Assembly: GCF_028698005.1 (NCBI RefSeq)
Contig: NZ_JAQVEJ010000001.1
Coordinates: forward strand, 1-60,236
DNA length: 60,236 nucleotides
Reading direction: 5' to 3'
Source of the DNA: Hydrogenophaga sp.
GTDB lineage: Bacteria; Pseudomonadota; Gammaproteobacteria; Burkholderiales; Burkholderiaceae_C
Positions 21,075-32,791 of the stretch are shown here, one piece after another. The notes under the pieces were generated by a model. That model worked only from the letters and a program-made list of their open reading frames with translations. It was not told the DNA's origin and ran no database searches. The position numbers and the translations under genes were made by a program. Every line of letters begins with the position of its first letter. Within the stretch, counting starts at the first letter, position 1.

Positions 21075-22664
21075 ATGAGCACCCACGCCACCTCCCTCAC
21101 CCTGCTCCCCAATTTTTTCGCTGGCCGCTGGCAGAGTGGCACCGGCACCGGATCGACCCTGGTGGACCCGGTGCTGGGCACCGAGCTGGTGCGCGTGGGC
21201 AACGAAGGACTCGATCTGGCCGAGGGCTTCGCCTTCGCCCGCGACCAGGGCGGCCAGGCGCTGCGTGCCATGAGCTACGGCCAGCGCGCTGCCATGCTCG
21301 GTGCCATCGTCAAGGTGCTGCAGGCCAACCGTGACGCGTACTACGACATCGCCACCCGCAATGCCGGCACCACCACCAAAGACTCGGCGGTCGACATCGA
21401 CGGCGGCATCTTCACCCTGGGCTACTACGCCAGGCAGGGCGAGGCCCTGGGCGAGGCACACCTGCTGCTCGACGGCGAGCGCATCCGCATGGGCAAGGAC
21501 CCGGCATTCCAGACCCAGCACGTGCTCACGCCCACACGGGGCGTGGCGCTGTTCATCAATGCCTTCAACTTCCCGGCCTGGGGCCTGTGGGAAAAGGCCG
21601 CACCGGCCCTGCTCTCGGGTGTGCCGGTCATCGTCAAGCCGGCCACGGCCACGGCCTGGCTGACCCAGCGCATGGTGGCCGATGTGGTCGAGGCCGGCGT
21701 GGTCCCGGCCGGCGCGCTGTCGGTGATCTGCGGGTCCTCGGCCGGCCTGATGGACCAGCTCCAGCCCTTCGACGTGGTCAGCTTCACCGGGTCGGCCGAC
21801 ACCGCGCGCATCATCCGCAGTCATCCGGCGGTGGCCCAGCGCTCGGTACGTTGCAACATCGAGGCCGACAGCCTCAACAGCGCCCTGCTCGACCCGAGCG
21901 CCACCGAGGGCAGCGAGGCCTTCCATCTGCTGGTCAGCGAGGTGGTGCGCGAGATGACGGTCAAGAGCGGCCAGAAATGCACCGCCATCCGCCGCGTGTT
22001 CGTCCCGCGAGCGCTGTACCAGGCCGCCGCACAGGCGATCGGCGCCAAACTGGCCAACACCACCGTGGGCAACCCGCGCAACGAGGCCGTGCGCATGGGC
22101 GCGCTGGTCAGCCGTGCGCAGTACGAGGGCGTGCTGGCCGGACTGGCGCAGCTCAAGACCGAGGCCGAAGTGCTGTTCGACGGCAGCCGCGTACCGCTGG
22201 TGGATGCCGACCCTGCCGTCGCCGCCTGCGTGGCCCCCACCCTGCTGGGCACACCCAAGCCCGTGGACGCCCGCGTGCTGCACGAGGTCGAGGTGTTCGG
22301 CCCCGTCGCCACGCTCATGCCCTACGACAGCGAGGCGCAGGCCTACGAATTGATCCGTCGCGGCGAGGGATCGCTGGTCGTCTCGGTCTACAGCGCCGAT
22401 CCGGCCTTCATCGCGCGCGCCGCCGCCGAACTGGGCGACAGCCATGGCCGCGTCCATGCCATCAGCCCCGACGTGGCGGCCAGCCAGACCGGCCATGGCA
22501 ATGTCATGCCCATGAGCCTGCACGGCGGGCCGGGCCGGGCCGGCGGCGGCGAGGAGCTGGGCGGCCTGCGCGCGCTGGCGTTTTACCATCGGCGCAGCGC
22601 GGTGCAGGCCAGTGCCGCCGCCCTGGACGCACTGGCCGCAGGCGGGGCGCCCTGCGCCTGGTAA
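21075..22664 (+). CDS. boxD: 3,4-dehydroadipyl-CoA semialdehyde dehydrogenase
   Basis: ALDH fold with INAFNFP, SFTGS, EADSLN, GQKCTAIRR, HGGPGRAGGGEELGG (PaaZ/BoxD type). Confidence 0.92.
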   Translation: MSTHATSLTLLPNFFAGRWQSGTGTGSTLVDPVLGTELVRVGNEGLDLAEGFAFARDQGGQALRAMSYGQRAAMLGAIVKVLQANRDAYYDIATRNAGTTTKDSAVDIDGGIFTLGYYARQGEALGEAHLLLDGERIRMGKDPAFQTQHVLTPTRGVALFINAFNFPAWGLWEKAAPALLSGVPVIVKPATATAWLTQRMVADVVEAGVVPAGALSVICGSSAGLMDQLQPFDVVSFTGSADTARIIRSHPAVAQRSVRCNIEADSLNSALLDPSATEGSEAFHLLVSEVVREMTVKSGQKCTAIRRVFVPRALYQAAAQAIGAKLANTTVGNPRNEAVRMGALVSRAQYEGVLAGLAQLKTEAEVLFDGSRVPLVDADPAVAACVAPTLLGTPKPVDARVLHEVEVFGPVATLMPYDSEAQAYELIRRGEGSLVVSVYSADPAFIARAAAELGDSHGRVHAISPDVAASQTGHGNVMPMSLHGGPGRAGGGEELGGLRALAFYHRRSAVQASAAALDALAAGGAPCAW

Positions 22665-22708
22665 TTCCCCCAACGTGGCATCACATACCGGAGAGGAGAC
22701 AAAGACCC

Positions 22709-24286
<1,578 letters not shown>

Positions 24287-24404
24287 CCGTCACCTGAGCC
24301 GGCCTGTCCACGCGGGGAAAACCCTGACGAGTCATATCTTGTATCGGTTACATAATATAACCACACTCGTCAAATGGTCAAAAACGAATCCAGGGAGGAG
24401 ACTC

Positions 24405-25541
24405 ATGAGGTTCTGGCAAGGCATGCTGACACTGGCCATGGGGGTCGGTGCAGCTTTGGCGCATGCCGGTGACGCGGGCGTGACGGCCACCGAGATCCGT
24501 CTGGGCACCTCTGCCGTGCTGACAGGCCCGCTCGGTCCGCAGACCATCCAGTACGGAGAGGGCGCCCGGCTGCTGTTCGACAGCATCAACGCCAAGGGCG
24601 GCATCCATGGCCGCAAGATCACGCTGACCTCGCTGGACGACGCCTTCGACGTCAAACGCGCCGCCGACAACACCCGCCGGCTGGTCGAAGATGACAAGGT
24701 CTTCCTGCTGTTCAACAACACCGGGACGGCGCACACGGGCGCCGTCCTGCCCTACCTGGACGAGCAAAAGACCATCCTGTTCGGCCCGGTGACGGGCGCG
24801 TCGCAGTTCCGCGACCGTTACATCCGCCACCTGTTCCACGTACGCGCCAGCTATGCCAATGAGGCGGACAAGATCGTGACGCAGTTGCGCCAGATCGGCG
24901 TCACCCGCGTGGCGGCTTTCTACCAGGATGATGCCTTCGGCAAGGCGCTGCTGGATGAGGTCCGGCGTTCGTCCCAGAAGGAAGGCCAGCCCCTGGTGGC
25001 CGAGATTGCGCTCGACCCGGCCAAGCCCGACTTCGCCGCCGCAGCGGCCGCCACCGCCAAGGCCTCCCCCCAGGCGGTCATCATCTGCTCGGCAGGCACC
25101 ACCTTCCCGCAGTACGTCGCCGCCGTCCAAGCCACTTCGGCACGCCCGACGTTCTACGGTTTTTCCGTGGCCACGCTCGACAGCATCACCGGCGCCCTGA
25201 AAGACAAGGCCCGCGGCATCGTGCTGGCGCAGATCATGCCCTCACTGCGCAACAAGACGATCCCGGTCGTGCGCGAATACCTCCAGGCACTCCAGGCCAA
25301 GGATCCGAACGCCATCCCCTCAACCGCCCAGTTCGAAGGTTTCGTGCACGCCCGTGTCCTGGCCGAAGGGCTGCGTCGCACGGGGCGCGACCTGAGCACC
25401 GAATCCTTCATCCGGACCATGGAAACGTCCGGCGAGATCTCGTTCGGTCGCTTCACGGCGCGCTATACGCCGCAGTTGCACCATGGCTCCGACTATGTCG
25501 AGCTGGCCATCATCGACGCCAGCGGCCAGCTCCGGTACTGA
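24405..25541 (+). CDS. ABC transporter substrate-binding protein (LivJ-like, branched-chain/aromatic acid family)
   Basis: Signal peptide; LTGP, INAKGGIHGRKI..LDD, VRASY, QDDAFG; SD GGAGG. Confidence 0.85.
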   Translation: MRFWQGMLTLAMGVGAALAHAGDAGVTATEIRLGTSAVLTGPLGPQTIQYGEGARLLFDSINAKGGIHGRKITLTSLDDAFDVKRAADNTRRLVEDDKVFLLFNNTGTAHTGAVLPYLDEQKTILFGPVTGASQFRDRYIRHLFHVRASYANEADKIVTQLRQIGVTRVAAFYQDDAFGKALLDEVRRSSQKEGQPLVAEIALDPAKPDFAAAAAATAKASPQAVIICSAGTTFPQYVAAVQATSARPTFYGFSVATLDSITGALKDKARGIVLAQIMPSLRNKTIPVVREYLQALQAKDPNAIPSTAQFEGFVHARVLAEGLRRTGRDLSTESFIRTMETSGEISFGRFTARYTPQLHHGSDYVELAIIDASGQLRY

Positions 25542-25544
25542 TGC

Positions 25545-26639
25545 TCAGGTGTCCTTCGAGATCTTGATGCTCGGGAACTTGCTCGAATAGTCCTTCGATT
25601 TGGCGGCGATGGTCACCGCCACCTTGCGCGCCACGGTGCGGTAGATCGCGGCGATCTCGCCATCGGGCTCGGCAGCCACGGTGGGCACTCCGCTGTCGGC
25701 CTGCACGCGGATCGACATGTTCAGTGGCAGCGACCCCAGAAAGTCCACCCCCAGTTCCTGCGCCATCTGCCGGCCGCCGTCGGCGCCGAAGATGTGCTCG
25801 ATGTGACCGCAGTTCGGGCAGCAGTACACCGCCATGTTCTCGACAATGCCCAGGATCGGCACGCCCACCTTGTCGAACATGCGGATGCCCTTGCGCGCAT
25901 CGAGCAGCGCGATGTCCTGCGGCGTGGTGACGATGACCGCGCCGGTCACCGGCACGCGCTGGCTGAGCGTGAGCTGGATGTCACCGGTGCCGGGCGGCAT
26001 GTCCACCAGCAGGTAGTCCAGGTCTTTCCAGTGGGTCTGGCGCAGCAGTTGCTCGAGTGCCTGCGTGGCCATCGGCCCGCGCCAGATCATGGCCTCGTTG
26101 CGGTCCACCAGGAAGCCGATCGAGTTGACCTGCACGCCATGGTTCTGCAAAGGCTCCATGCTCTTGCCATCGAGGCTTTCGGGCCGGCCCTCGATGCCCA
26201 TCATCATCGGCTGGCTCGGACCGTAGATGTCGGCATCCAGGATGCCCACCCGCGCGCCCTCGGCCGCCAGCGCCAGCGCCAGGTTGGCCGTGGTCGTGCT
26301 CTTGCCGACCCCGCCCTTGCCCGAGGCCACGGCGATGATGTTCTTGACACCAGGCAGCAACTGCACACCGCGCTGCACCGCGTGGGCAATGATGCGGCTG
26401 TCGATCTGCACCGACACGTTGTCCACGCCCGGCACGCTGCGCGCCGCCTCGATCAGCCCCCGGCGCAACGCGGCCACCTGGCTCCTGGCGGGGTAGCCCA
26501 GCTCCACCTCGAAAGACACGTCCCCGCCCTGCACCTGCAGGTTCTTCAAGGCCTTGGTGGACACGAAATCCTGACCCGTGTTGGGGTCGATCACGGTCTG
26601 CAGGGCATCGAGCAGGGCTTGTGGGTCGGCAGCGGCCAT
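25545..26639 (-). CDS. apbC: Fe-S cluster carrier ATPase ApbC/Mrp
   Basis: VASGKGGVGKST, DADIYGPS, WRGPM, DMPPGTGD, CPNC. Confidence 0.95.
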   Translation of the reverse strand: MAAADPQALLDALQTVIDPNTGQDFVSTKALKNLQVQGGDVSFEVELGYPARSQVAALRRGLIEAARSVPGVDNVSVQIDSRIIAHAVQRGVQLLPGVKNIIAVASGKGGVGKSTTTANLALALAAEGARVGILDADIYGPSQPMMMGIEGRPESLDGKSMEPLQNHGVQVNSIGFLVDRNEAMIWRGPMATQALEQLLRQTHWKDLDYLLVDMPPGTGDIQLTLSQRVPVTGAVIVTTPQDIALLDARKGIRMFDKVGVPILGIVENMAVYCCPNCGHIEHIFGADGGRQMAQELGVDFLGSLPLNMSIRVQADSGVPTVAAEPDGEIAAIYRTVARKVAVTIAAKSKDYSSKFPSIKISKDT

Positions 26640-26819
26640 GAAGGGGACTCTCCTGTGAGGGGTGGGGTACCGGGAAGACGCGGGCAAATAGCCGCGCGGG
26701 CCTGAAAGTCTACCCCCGGGCCATCCGGGGGCGCGATTCACCCACCCACCATGGGGGCTTGCCCGCCCTAGAATAGAGGGTTGCCCAGCGATCACGACCA
26801 GACCAGAAAGAAAGCTGCC

Positions 26820-28889
26820 ATGCGCCAGCGCCGCATTTTCGTCACCACCGCCCTGCCCTACGCCAACGGCACCTTCCATATCGGCCACATCATGGAGTAC
26901 ATCCAGGCCGACACCTGGGTGCGTTTCCAGCGCATGCAGGGCCACCGGGTGGACTTCATGGGCGCGGATGACGCCCACGGCGCGCCGATCATGATTGCCG
27001 CCGAGAAGGCCGGCAAGACGCCCGAGCAGTTCGTGGCCGACATCGCCGCCGGCCGCAAGCAGTACCTGGAAGGCTTCCACATCAGCCATGATCACTGGTA
27101 CTCGACCCACAGCCCGGAGAACACCGAACTGGCGCAGGCGATCTACAAGGACCTGAAGGCCGCCGGCCTGATCGAGTCCCGCACCATCGAGCAGTTCTTC
27201 GACCCGGACAAGGGCATGTTCCTGCCCGACCGCTTCATCAAGGGCGAGTGCCCGCGCTGCCACGCCAAGGACCAGTACGGCGACAACTGCGAGGTCTGCG
27301 GCGCCGTTTACGCCCCCACCGAGCTGATCGAGCCGTACTCGGCCCTCTCGGGTGCCAAACCAGTCATCAGGCAGTCCGAGCACTTCTTCTTCAAGCTGTC
27401 CGACCCGCGCTGCGTCGAATTCCTGCAGGCGTGGACGCAGGACGGCATCCACGTGCAGCCCGAGGTGGCCAACAAGGTCAAGGAATGGTTCTCCGTGCGC
27501 GAGAACCCCGACGGCAGCCAGAGCGAAGGTTTGGGCGACTGGGACATCAGCCGCGATGCACCCTACTTCGGCATCGAAATCCCCGACGCGCCGGGCAAGT
27601 ACTTCTACGTCTGGCTGGACGCGCCCATCGGCTATCTGGCCGCGCTCAAGAACCACCTGAGCCGCCGCGGCGAGGACTACGCGGCCTACATGGCCGACCC
27701 GAACCTGGAGCAGGTGCACTTCATCGGCAAGGACATCGTCACCTTCCACACCCTGTTCTGGCCCGCGATGCTCAAGTTCAGTGGCCGCAAGACACCCGAC
27801 CGCATCTGCGTGCACGGCTTCCTGACCGTCAACAACGGCGAGAAGATGAGCAAGAGCCGCGGCACCGGCCTGGACCCGCTCAAGTACCTGAGCCTGGGCA
27901 TGAATGCCGAATGGCTGCGCTACTACATCGCTGCCAAGCTCAACGGCCGCAACGAGGACATCGACTTCAACCCCGAGGACTTCATGGCACGCGTGAACGC
28001 CGACCTCGTGGGCAAGTTCATCAACATCGCCTCACGCGCGGCCGGCTTCCTCAGCAAGCGCTTCAGCGGCCGGCTGGGCGCACCCGACACCGAAGGCCAG
28101 GCGCTGCTGGCCGCCATGCAGGCGCAGGCCGGGCCTCTGGCCGAGGCCTATGAAAAGCGTGACACCGCACGCGCCGTGCGCGAGATCATGCTGCTGGCCG
28201 ACCGGGTCAACGAATACGTCAACGAGCACAAGCCCTGGGAACTGGCCAGGAAGGAAGGTGCCGAGGCGCAGTTGCAGGCCGTGTGCACCACCTGCATCCA
28301 GGCCTTCCGCCTGCTCTCGCTGTACCTCAAGCCCGTGCTGCCCGCGCTGGCCGTGCAGGTCGAGACCTTCCTCAAGGTCGGTCCCCTGGACTGGGCCGAC
28401 GCCGCCAGCCTGCTGCCGGCCGGCCACGTCATCGGCACCTACCAGCACCTGATGCAGCGCGTGACACCCGAACAGCTCGACGCCCTGTTCGAGCCCCCGG
28501 CCGCGCCCGAGCCGGAGAAGATCGCCCCGGGTGGCGAGGAACTGGCACCCACCATCACCATCGACGACTTCGCCAGGGTCGACTTGCGCATTGCGCAGAT
28601 CGTCAACTGCGAGGCGGTCGAGGGCTCGACCAAGCTGCTGCGCCTGACGCTGGACGTGGGCGAGGGACGTCATCGCAACGTGTTCAGTGGCATCGCCAGC
28701 GCCTACAAGCCCGAAGACCTGATCGGCAAGCTCACGGTCATGGTCGCCAATCTGGCCCCGCGCAAGATGAAGTTCGGCGTCAGCGAGGGCATGGTGCTGG
28801 CGGCCAGCCACGGCGACGAAAAGGCCCACCCGGGCATCTTCGTGCTGCAGCCCTGGCCCGGCGCCACCCCGGGCATGCGGGTGCGCTGA
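26820..28889 (+). CDS. metG: Methionyl-tRNA synthetase with C-terminal tRNA-binding domain
   Basis: ALPYANG.FHIGH, zinc knuckle CPRC..CEVC, KMSKS, C-terminal [15 protein letters not shown]. Confidence 0.98.
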   Translation: MRQRRIFVTTALPYANGTFHIGHIMEYIQADTWVRFQRMQGHRVDFMGADDAHGAPIMIAAEKAGKTPEQFVADIAAGRKQYLEGFHISHDHWYSTHSPENTELAQAIYKDLKAAGLIESRTIEQFFDPDKGMFLPDRFIKGECPRCHAKDQYGDNCEVCGAVYAPTELIEPYSALSGAKPVIRQSEHFFFKLSDPRCVEFLQAWTQDGIHVQPEVANKVKEWFSVRENPDGSQSEGLGDWDISRDAPYFGIEIPDAPGKYFYVWLDAPIGYLAALKNHLSRRGEDYAAYMADPNLEQVHFIGKDIVTFHTLFWPAMLKFSGRKTPDRICVHGFLTVNNGEKMSKSRGTGLDPLKYLSLGMNAEWLRYYIAAKLNGRNEDIDFNPEDFMARVNADLVGKFINIASRAAGFLSKRFSGRLGAPDTEGQALLAAMQAQAGPLAEAYEKRDTARAVREIMLLADRVNEYVNEHKPWELARKEGAEAQLQAVCTTCIQAFRLLSLYLKPVLPALAVQVETFLKVGPLDWADAASLLPAGHVIGTYQHLMQRVTPEQLDALFEPPAAPEPEKIAPGGEELAPTITIDDFARVDLRIAQIVNCEAVEGSTKLLRLTLDVGEGRHRNVFSGIASAYKPEDLIGKLTVMVANLAPRKMKFGVSEGMVLAASHGDEKAHPGIFVLQPWPGATPGMRVR

Positions 28890-28907
28890 GCACACCGGCG
28901 CAGCCGC

Positions 28908-29648
28908 ATGTTCGCCCCCATCCGCGGCTTCACCAGCGTGCAGCGCACGCCGGAGGCGGATCTGCGGCTGGGCACGGTGCTGGCCTTCGTGGCCGGCGCC
29001 GCCAACGCCGGCGGCTTTCTGGCCGTGGGGCAATACACCTCGCACATGACGGGCATCGTCTCTTCGGTGGCCGACAACCTGGTGCTGGGCCAGATGGCGC
29101 TGGTGCTGGCCGGCCTGGGGGCCTTCCTGGCTTTCCTGCTCGGCGCGATGACCACCGCCTGGACGGTCAACTGGGGCATGCGGCGCCATCTGCGCAGCGC
29201 CTATGGCCTGCCGCTGATGATCGAATCCCTCCTGCTGCTGGTCTTCGGGCTTTTCGGCGCCGCCATCAGCCAGCAGGTCGCCATCCTGCTGCCGGCCACC
29301 GTCATCCTGCTGTGTTTCATCATGGGCCTGCAGAACGCCGTCATCACCAAGATCTCCAGGGCCACCATCCGCACCACCCACGTCACCGGCCTGGTCACCG
29401 ACCTGGGCATCGAACTGGGCAAGCTGCTGTATGTGAACCAACGGGCCGGTGCCGCACCGGTGCTGGCCGACCGGCGCCGGCTGCACGTGCACATCCGCCT
29501 GATCATCGCCTTCTTTGGCGGTGGCGTCGCCGGTGCCCTGGGCTTCAAGGCCTTCGGCTACATCAGCACCGTGCCGCTGGCCATCGCCCTGCTGCTGCTG
29601 GTGCTGCGCCCCGCACTGGACGATTGGCGGCGCCTGCACGCCAACTGA
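28908..29648 (+). CDS. YoaK/DUF1275 family membrane protein
   Basis: Hydrophobic; FVAGAANA..TSHMTG and FIMGLQNA..TTHVTG..TDLG motifs. Confidence 0.85.
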   Translation: MFAPIRGFTSVQRTPEADLRLGTVLAFVAGAANAGGFLAVGQYTSHMTGIVSSVADNLVLGQMALVLAGLGAFLAFLLGAMTTAWTVNWGMRRHLRSAYGLPLMIESLLLLVFGLFGAAISQQVAILLPATVILLCFIMGLQNAVITKISRATIRTTHVTGLVTDLGIELGKLLYVNQRAGAAPVLADRRRLHVHIRLIIAFFGGGVAGALGFKAFGYISTVPLAIALLLLVLRPALDDWRRLHAN

Positions 29649-29737
29649 TCCCCCGCGCCGAAGGTGGCGGCAGGCAGATCATGCCGCGGCGCTTACCACG
29701 TTTCGCCCTTGGCCGTTGCAGGCGGTAACATTGACCC

Positions 29738-31381
29738 ATGTCGATGAATCTCCCGCCCCTGGCTTCCTTCAGACCACGACTGCTGGCCGACCTGCGCGGC
29801 TACACCAGGGAGCGTCTCGGCAAGGACATCGGCGCGGGCGCCACCGTCGGTATCGTGGCCCTGCCCCTGGCCATGGCCTTTGCCATTGCATCAGGCCTCA
29901 AGCCCGAAGCCGGGTTGTGGACGGCCATCATTGCCGGCTTTCTCATTGCCGTCCTGGGCGGCACCTCGGTGCAGATCGGCGGGCCGGCCGGCGCCTTCAT
30001 CGTCATTGTCTACGGCATCGTCGAGCGGTACGGCGTCGCCAATCTGCTCATCGCCACCGCCAGTGCCGGCGTGCTGCTGTTCCTCATGGGCCTGTTCCGA
30101 CTCGGTTCCCTGGTGCGCTACGTGCCGGTGAGCGTGGTCATCGGCTTCACCAACGGCATTGCCGTGCTGATCGGCCTGTCGCAACTGCGCGACCTGCTGG
30201 GCCTGCAGATCGAGAAGATGCCGGCCGATTTCTTCAACCAGATCGGCACCGTGGCCCGACACATCCAGGACCTCAACCCCTGGGCCTTCGCACTGGGTGC
30301 CCTGTGTGTCATCGGGCTGTTCATCTGGCCGCGCCTGTGGTCGGTCGACTCGCAGTTCCGCCGCCAGCTCGACCAGCTCGAAGTGGTCTCGGCGCTGCGC
30401 GCCACCTCGCGCCTGCCGGCGCCGGTGGTGGCGCTGGTCACACTCACCCTCGCCGCCTGGCTGCTGGAGCTGCCGGTGGAGACCATCGGCACCCGCTTCG
30501 GTGGCATTCCGCAGTCGCCGCCGGCCTTCACGCTGCCCGATTTCTCCTGGGAAACGGTGCGCCTGCTGGTCACGCCCACACTCACGCTGGCCATCCTCGG
30601 CGCCATCGAGTCGCTGCTGTGCGCGCGCGTCGCCGACCAGCTCAGCAACACCCCCAAGCACGACCCCAACCAGGAGCTCATGGCGCAGGGCGTGGCCAAT
30701 GCCGTCGTGCCCTTCTTCGGCGGCATGCCGGCCACCGGCACCATTGCGCGCACCGTCACCAACATCCGTGCCGGTGCCACCTCGCCGATCGCCGGCGTCG
30801 TGCATGCGCTGACGCTGGCCGTCGTGGTGCTGGCGGCGGCACCACTGGCGCAGCACATTCCGCTGGCCGTGCTGGCCGGCGTGCTGCTGTTCGTGGCCTG
30901 GAACATGGGCGAATGGAAAGAATTCGCCCGCCTGCGCCACTTCAGCAACCACTACCGTCTGATGATGGTGTCCACCTTCCTGGTCACCATCGTGTTCGAC
31001 CTGACCGTGGCGGTGGAGCTCGGCCTGGTGCTGGCCTTCGTACTGTTCGTGCGGCGCCAGAGCAACATCTTCCGCGTGGACCCGGTCTCCCGGGACGGCC
31101 GGCAGGTGGTCTACCGGCTGTACGGATCCCTCTTCTTCGGCGCCGTGGCCAAGATCGACCCGCTCACGGCCGAGATGGAGTGGGCCCCCCCGGGCACGCA
31201 TCTGGTGCTCGACGCCAGCCACCTCATCTCGCTGGACACCACCGGACTGGACGCGCTCGAGCAGTTGCAGCAGACGCTGGAAAAGCGCGACGGCAAGCTC
31301 AGCATGACCGGGCTCAACGAGCAGCCGCTGTCGCTGATACGGCGCTCCGGCTTCGCACAGAAGCTCCACCCCGGCCTCTGA
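29738..31381 (+). CDS. SulP/SLC26 inorganic anion transporter with STAS domain
   Basis: VALPLAMAFAIASG, QIGGPAGA, ESLL, NQELMAQGVAN, PATGTIART, C-terminal YGSLFFGA..LDTTG. Confidence 0.93.
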   Translation: MSMNLPPLASFRPRLLADLRGYTRERLGKDIGAGATVGIVALPLAMAFAIASGLKPEAGLWTAIIAGFLIAVLGGTSVQIGGPAGAFIVIVYGIVERYGVANLLIATASAGVLLFLMGLFRLGSLVRYVPVSVVIGFTNGIAVLIGLSQLRDLLGLQIEKMPADFFNQIGTVARHIQDLNPWAFALGALCVIGLFIWPRLWSVDSQFRRQLDQLEVVSALRATSRLPAPVVALVTLTLAAWLLELPVETIGTRFGGIPQSPPAFTLPDFSWETVRLLVTPTLTLAILGAIESLLCARVADQLSNTPKHDPNQELMAQGVANAVVPFFGGMPATGTIARTVTNIRAGATSPIAGVVHALTLAVVVLAAAPLAQHIPLAVLAGVLLFVAWNMGEWKEFARLRHFSNHYRLMMVSTFLVTIVFDLTVAVELGLVLAFVLFVRRQSNIFRVDPVSRDGRQVVYRLYGSLFFGAVAKIDPLTAEMEWAPPGTHLVLDASHLISLDTTGLDALEQLQQTLEKRDGKLSMTGLNEQPLSLIRRSGFAQKLHPGL

Positions 31382-31403
31382 ACGGGACCGGTGGGGAGAT
31401 GAC

Positions 31404-32486
31404 ATGCCGACCACGGTCCATCACCGCCCCATCCAGGAACGCATCGACTGGCTGTTCGACCTGGCGCACCGCCACGCGGGCGAATACGCCAGCCCCGAGG
31501 CCTGGCTCGCGCGCCAGCGCTACCTGGCCAACCACCCCACGGCCATCCTGGTGCTCAAGTGCATGGACGGCCGCATCAACATCCCCGTGGCCACATCCAC
31601 ACCCAAGGGGATCATCCTGCCGTTCCGCAACCTCGGCGGCATCTTCCACCTCGGCTGGCCACACCTGGGCGAAACGCTGACCGCCGCGGTCGGCAAGGTG
31701 GTCGGCAGCGGCCGCCAGGCCCTGCTCATGATCACCTACCACTATTCCCGAGGGGACGAGCGCCGCGGCTGTGCCGGTTTCCATTACCGTACCGCCGACG
31801 CCCGGGCCCACACCTTCGGCATCCGCGCCGAGGTCTCCTCCCTGTTCGGTGCCGATCACGGCACCGTCTACCCACTGGTCTGCGGCTTCGAGACCGACGA
31901 GGAAGCCCTGGTGCTGCATGGCCACAACGGCCAGGTCCTGTCCATGGCGAACGTGGGCGCAGCAGACCTGCCAGGCCTGCCGGCACGCCTGCAACAACTC
32001 CTGCCCGACATGCCCGCCCGCATGCGGTCCGACCTGCTGCCCCTGCTCGACGGCAACCTGGCGCACATCCTGGCCCTGCGGCAGACCGAGCGTGCGCTGG
32101 ACATCGAGCACCGCGAATGGATGATCTGCGTCGGCCGCGGCTTCGACTGGCTGCACCTGCCCAACGTCGCCCTGATCATCGGTCCGTACAGCCCCGACCT
32201 GGCCGATCCGATCCGCCAGGCGGCAGCCATCATCGAGGGCAACATGGCTTCCGGCCGCATCCCCTCCGACGGCTTCCTCATCCTGTCCTCCGTGCCCTAC
32301 GAGGACATCGGCGTCGACCGGGCCCGTGCCGAGCTCAAGTCCCGCTTCATGGCCCGGTTCGCTGCCGACGTGATCCGGCGCGATTTCCCCTCGCTGGCGC
32401 CCGGAATGACCGTACGCGAGACCGTGCTCAACTGGGACAGCCGCTCGGTCGAACCCCTGCCCCGCACGTGCGCGCCGGACCGGTAA
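31404..32486 (+). CDS. CsoSCA-like (divergent beta-class) carbonic anhydrase, putative
   Basis: C53-x-D55-x-R57 (KCMDGR) and H113-x9-C123 (YHYSRGDERRGCAG); C-terminal HREWMICVGRGF..LHLPN resembles CsoSCA as recalled. Confidence 0.7.
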   Translation: MPTTVHHRPIQERIDWLFDLAHRHAGEYASPEAWLARQRYLANHPTAILVLKCMDGRINIPVATSTPKGIILPFRNLGGIFHLGWPHLGETLTAAVGKVVGSGRQALLMITYHYSRGDERRGCAGFHYRTADARAHTFGIRAEVSSLFGADHGTVYPLVCGFETDEEALVLHGHNGQVLSMANVGAADLPGLPARLQQLLPDMPARMRSDLLPLLDGNLAHILALRQTERALDIEHREWMICVGRGFDWLHLPNVALIIGPYSPDLADPIRQAAAIIEGNMASGRIPSDGFLILSSVPYEDIGVDRARAELKSRFMARFAADVIRRDFPSLAPGMTVRETVLNWDSRSVEPLPRTCAPDR

Positions 32487-32535
32487 AATCCCTGGTTCCC
32501 CCTCTGTTGGTCCCCAACTCCCTAGAGAGACGCGC

Positions 32536-32748
32536 ATGTCCATTTTCGGTCGCCCGCACTACACCTCCGATGTCACCCAGTTCATCGAGCAGCTCAAGTC
32601 CAGCCGCCCGCACCTGGAGCAAGAGCAGCATCAGGGCCGCGCCCTGCTCTGGGACAAGCAGATCGACCGCGATTTCCAGCAGCAGGCGGAGCGGGCCCGC
32701 GTACCCCAGAAGCCCTACGTCTACCAGACGGAGCCCGGCCCCTACTGA
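32536..32748 (+). CDS. DUF3460 family protein
   Basis: YTSDVTQFIEQLK..P.LE..Q..GRALLWDK...VPQKPYVYQ. Confidence 0.85.
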   Translation: MSIFGRPHYTSDVTQFIEQLKSSRPHLEQEQHQGRALLWDKQIDRDFQQQAERARVPQKPYVYQTEPGPY

Positions 32749-32791
32749 GCGAGTGGCGCCTGTCTGTCGATAACGCCGGGCGCACGAAGGC

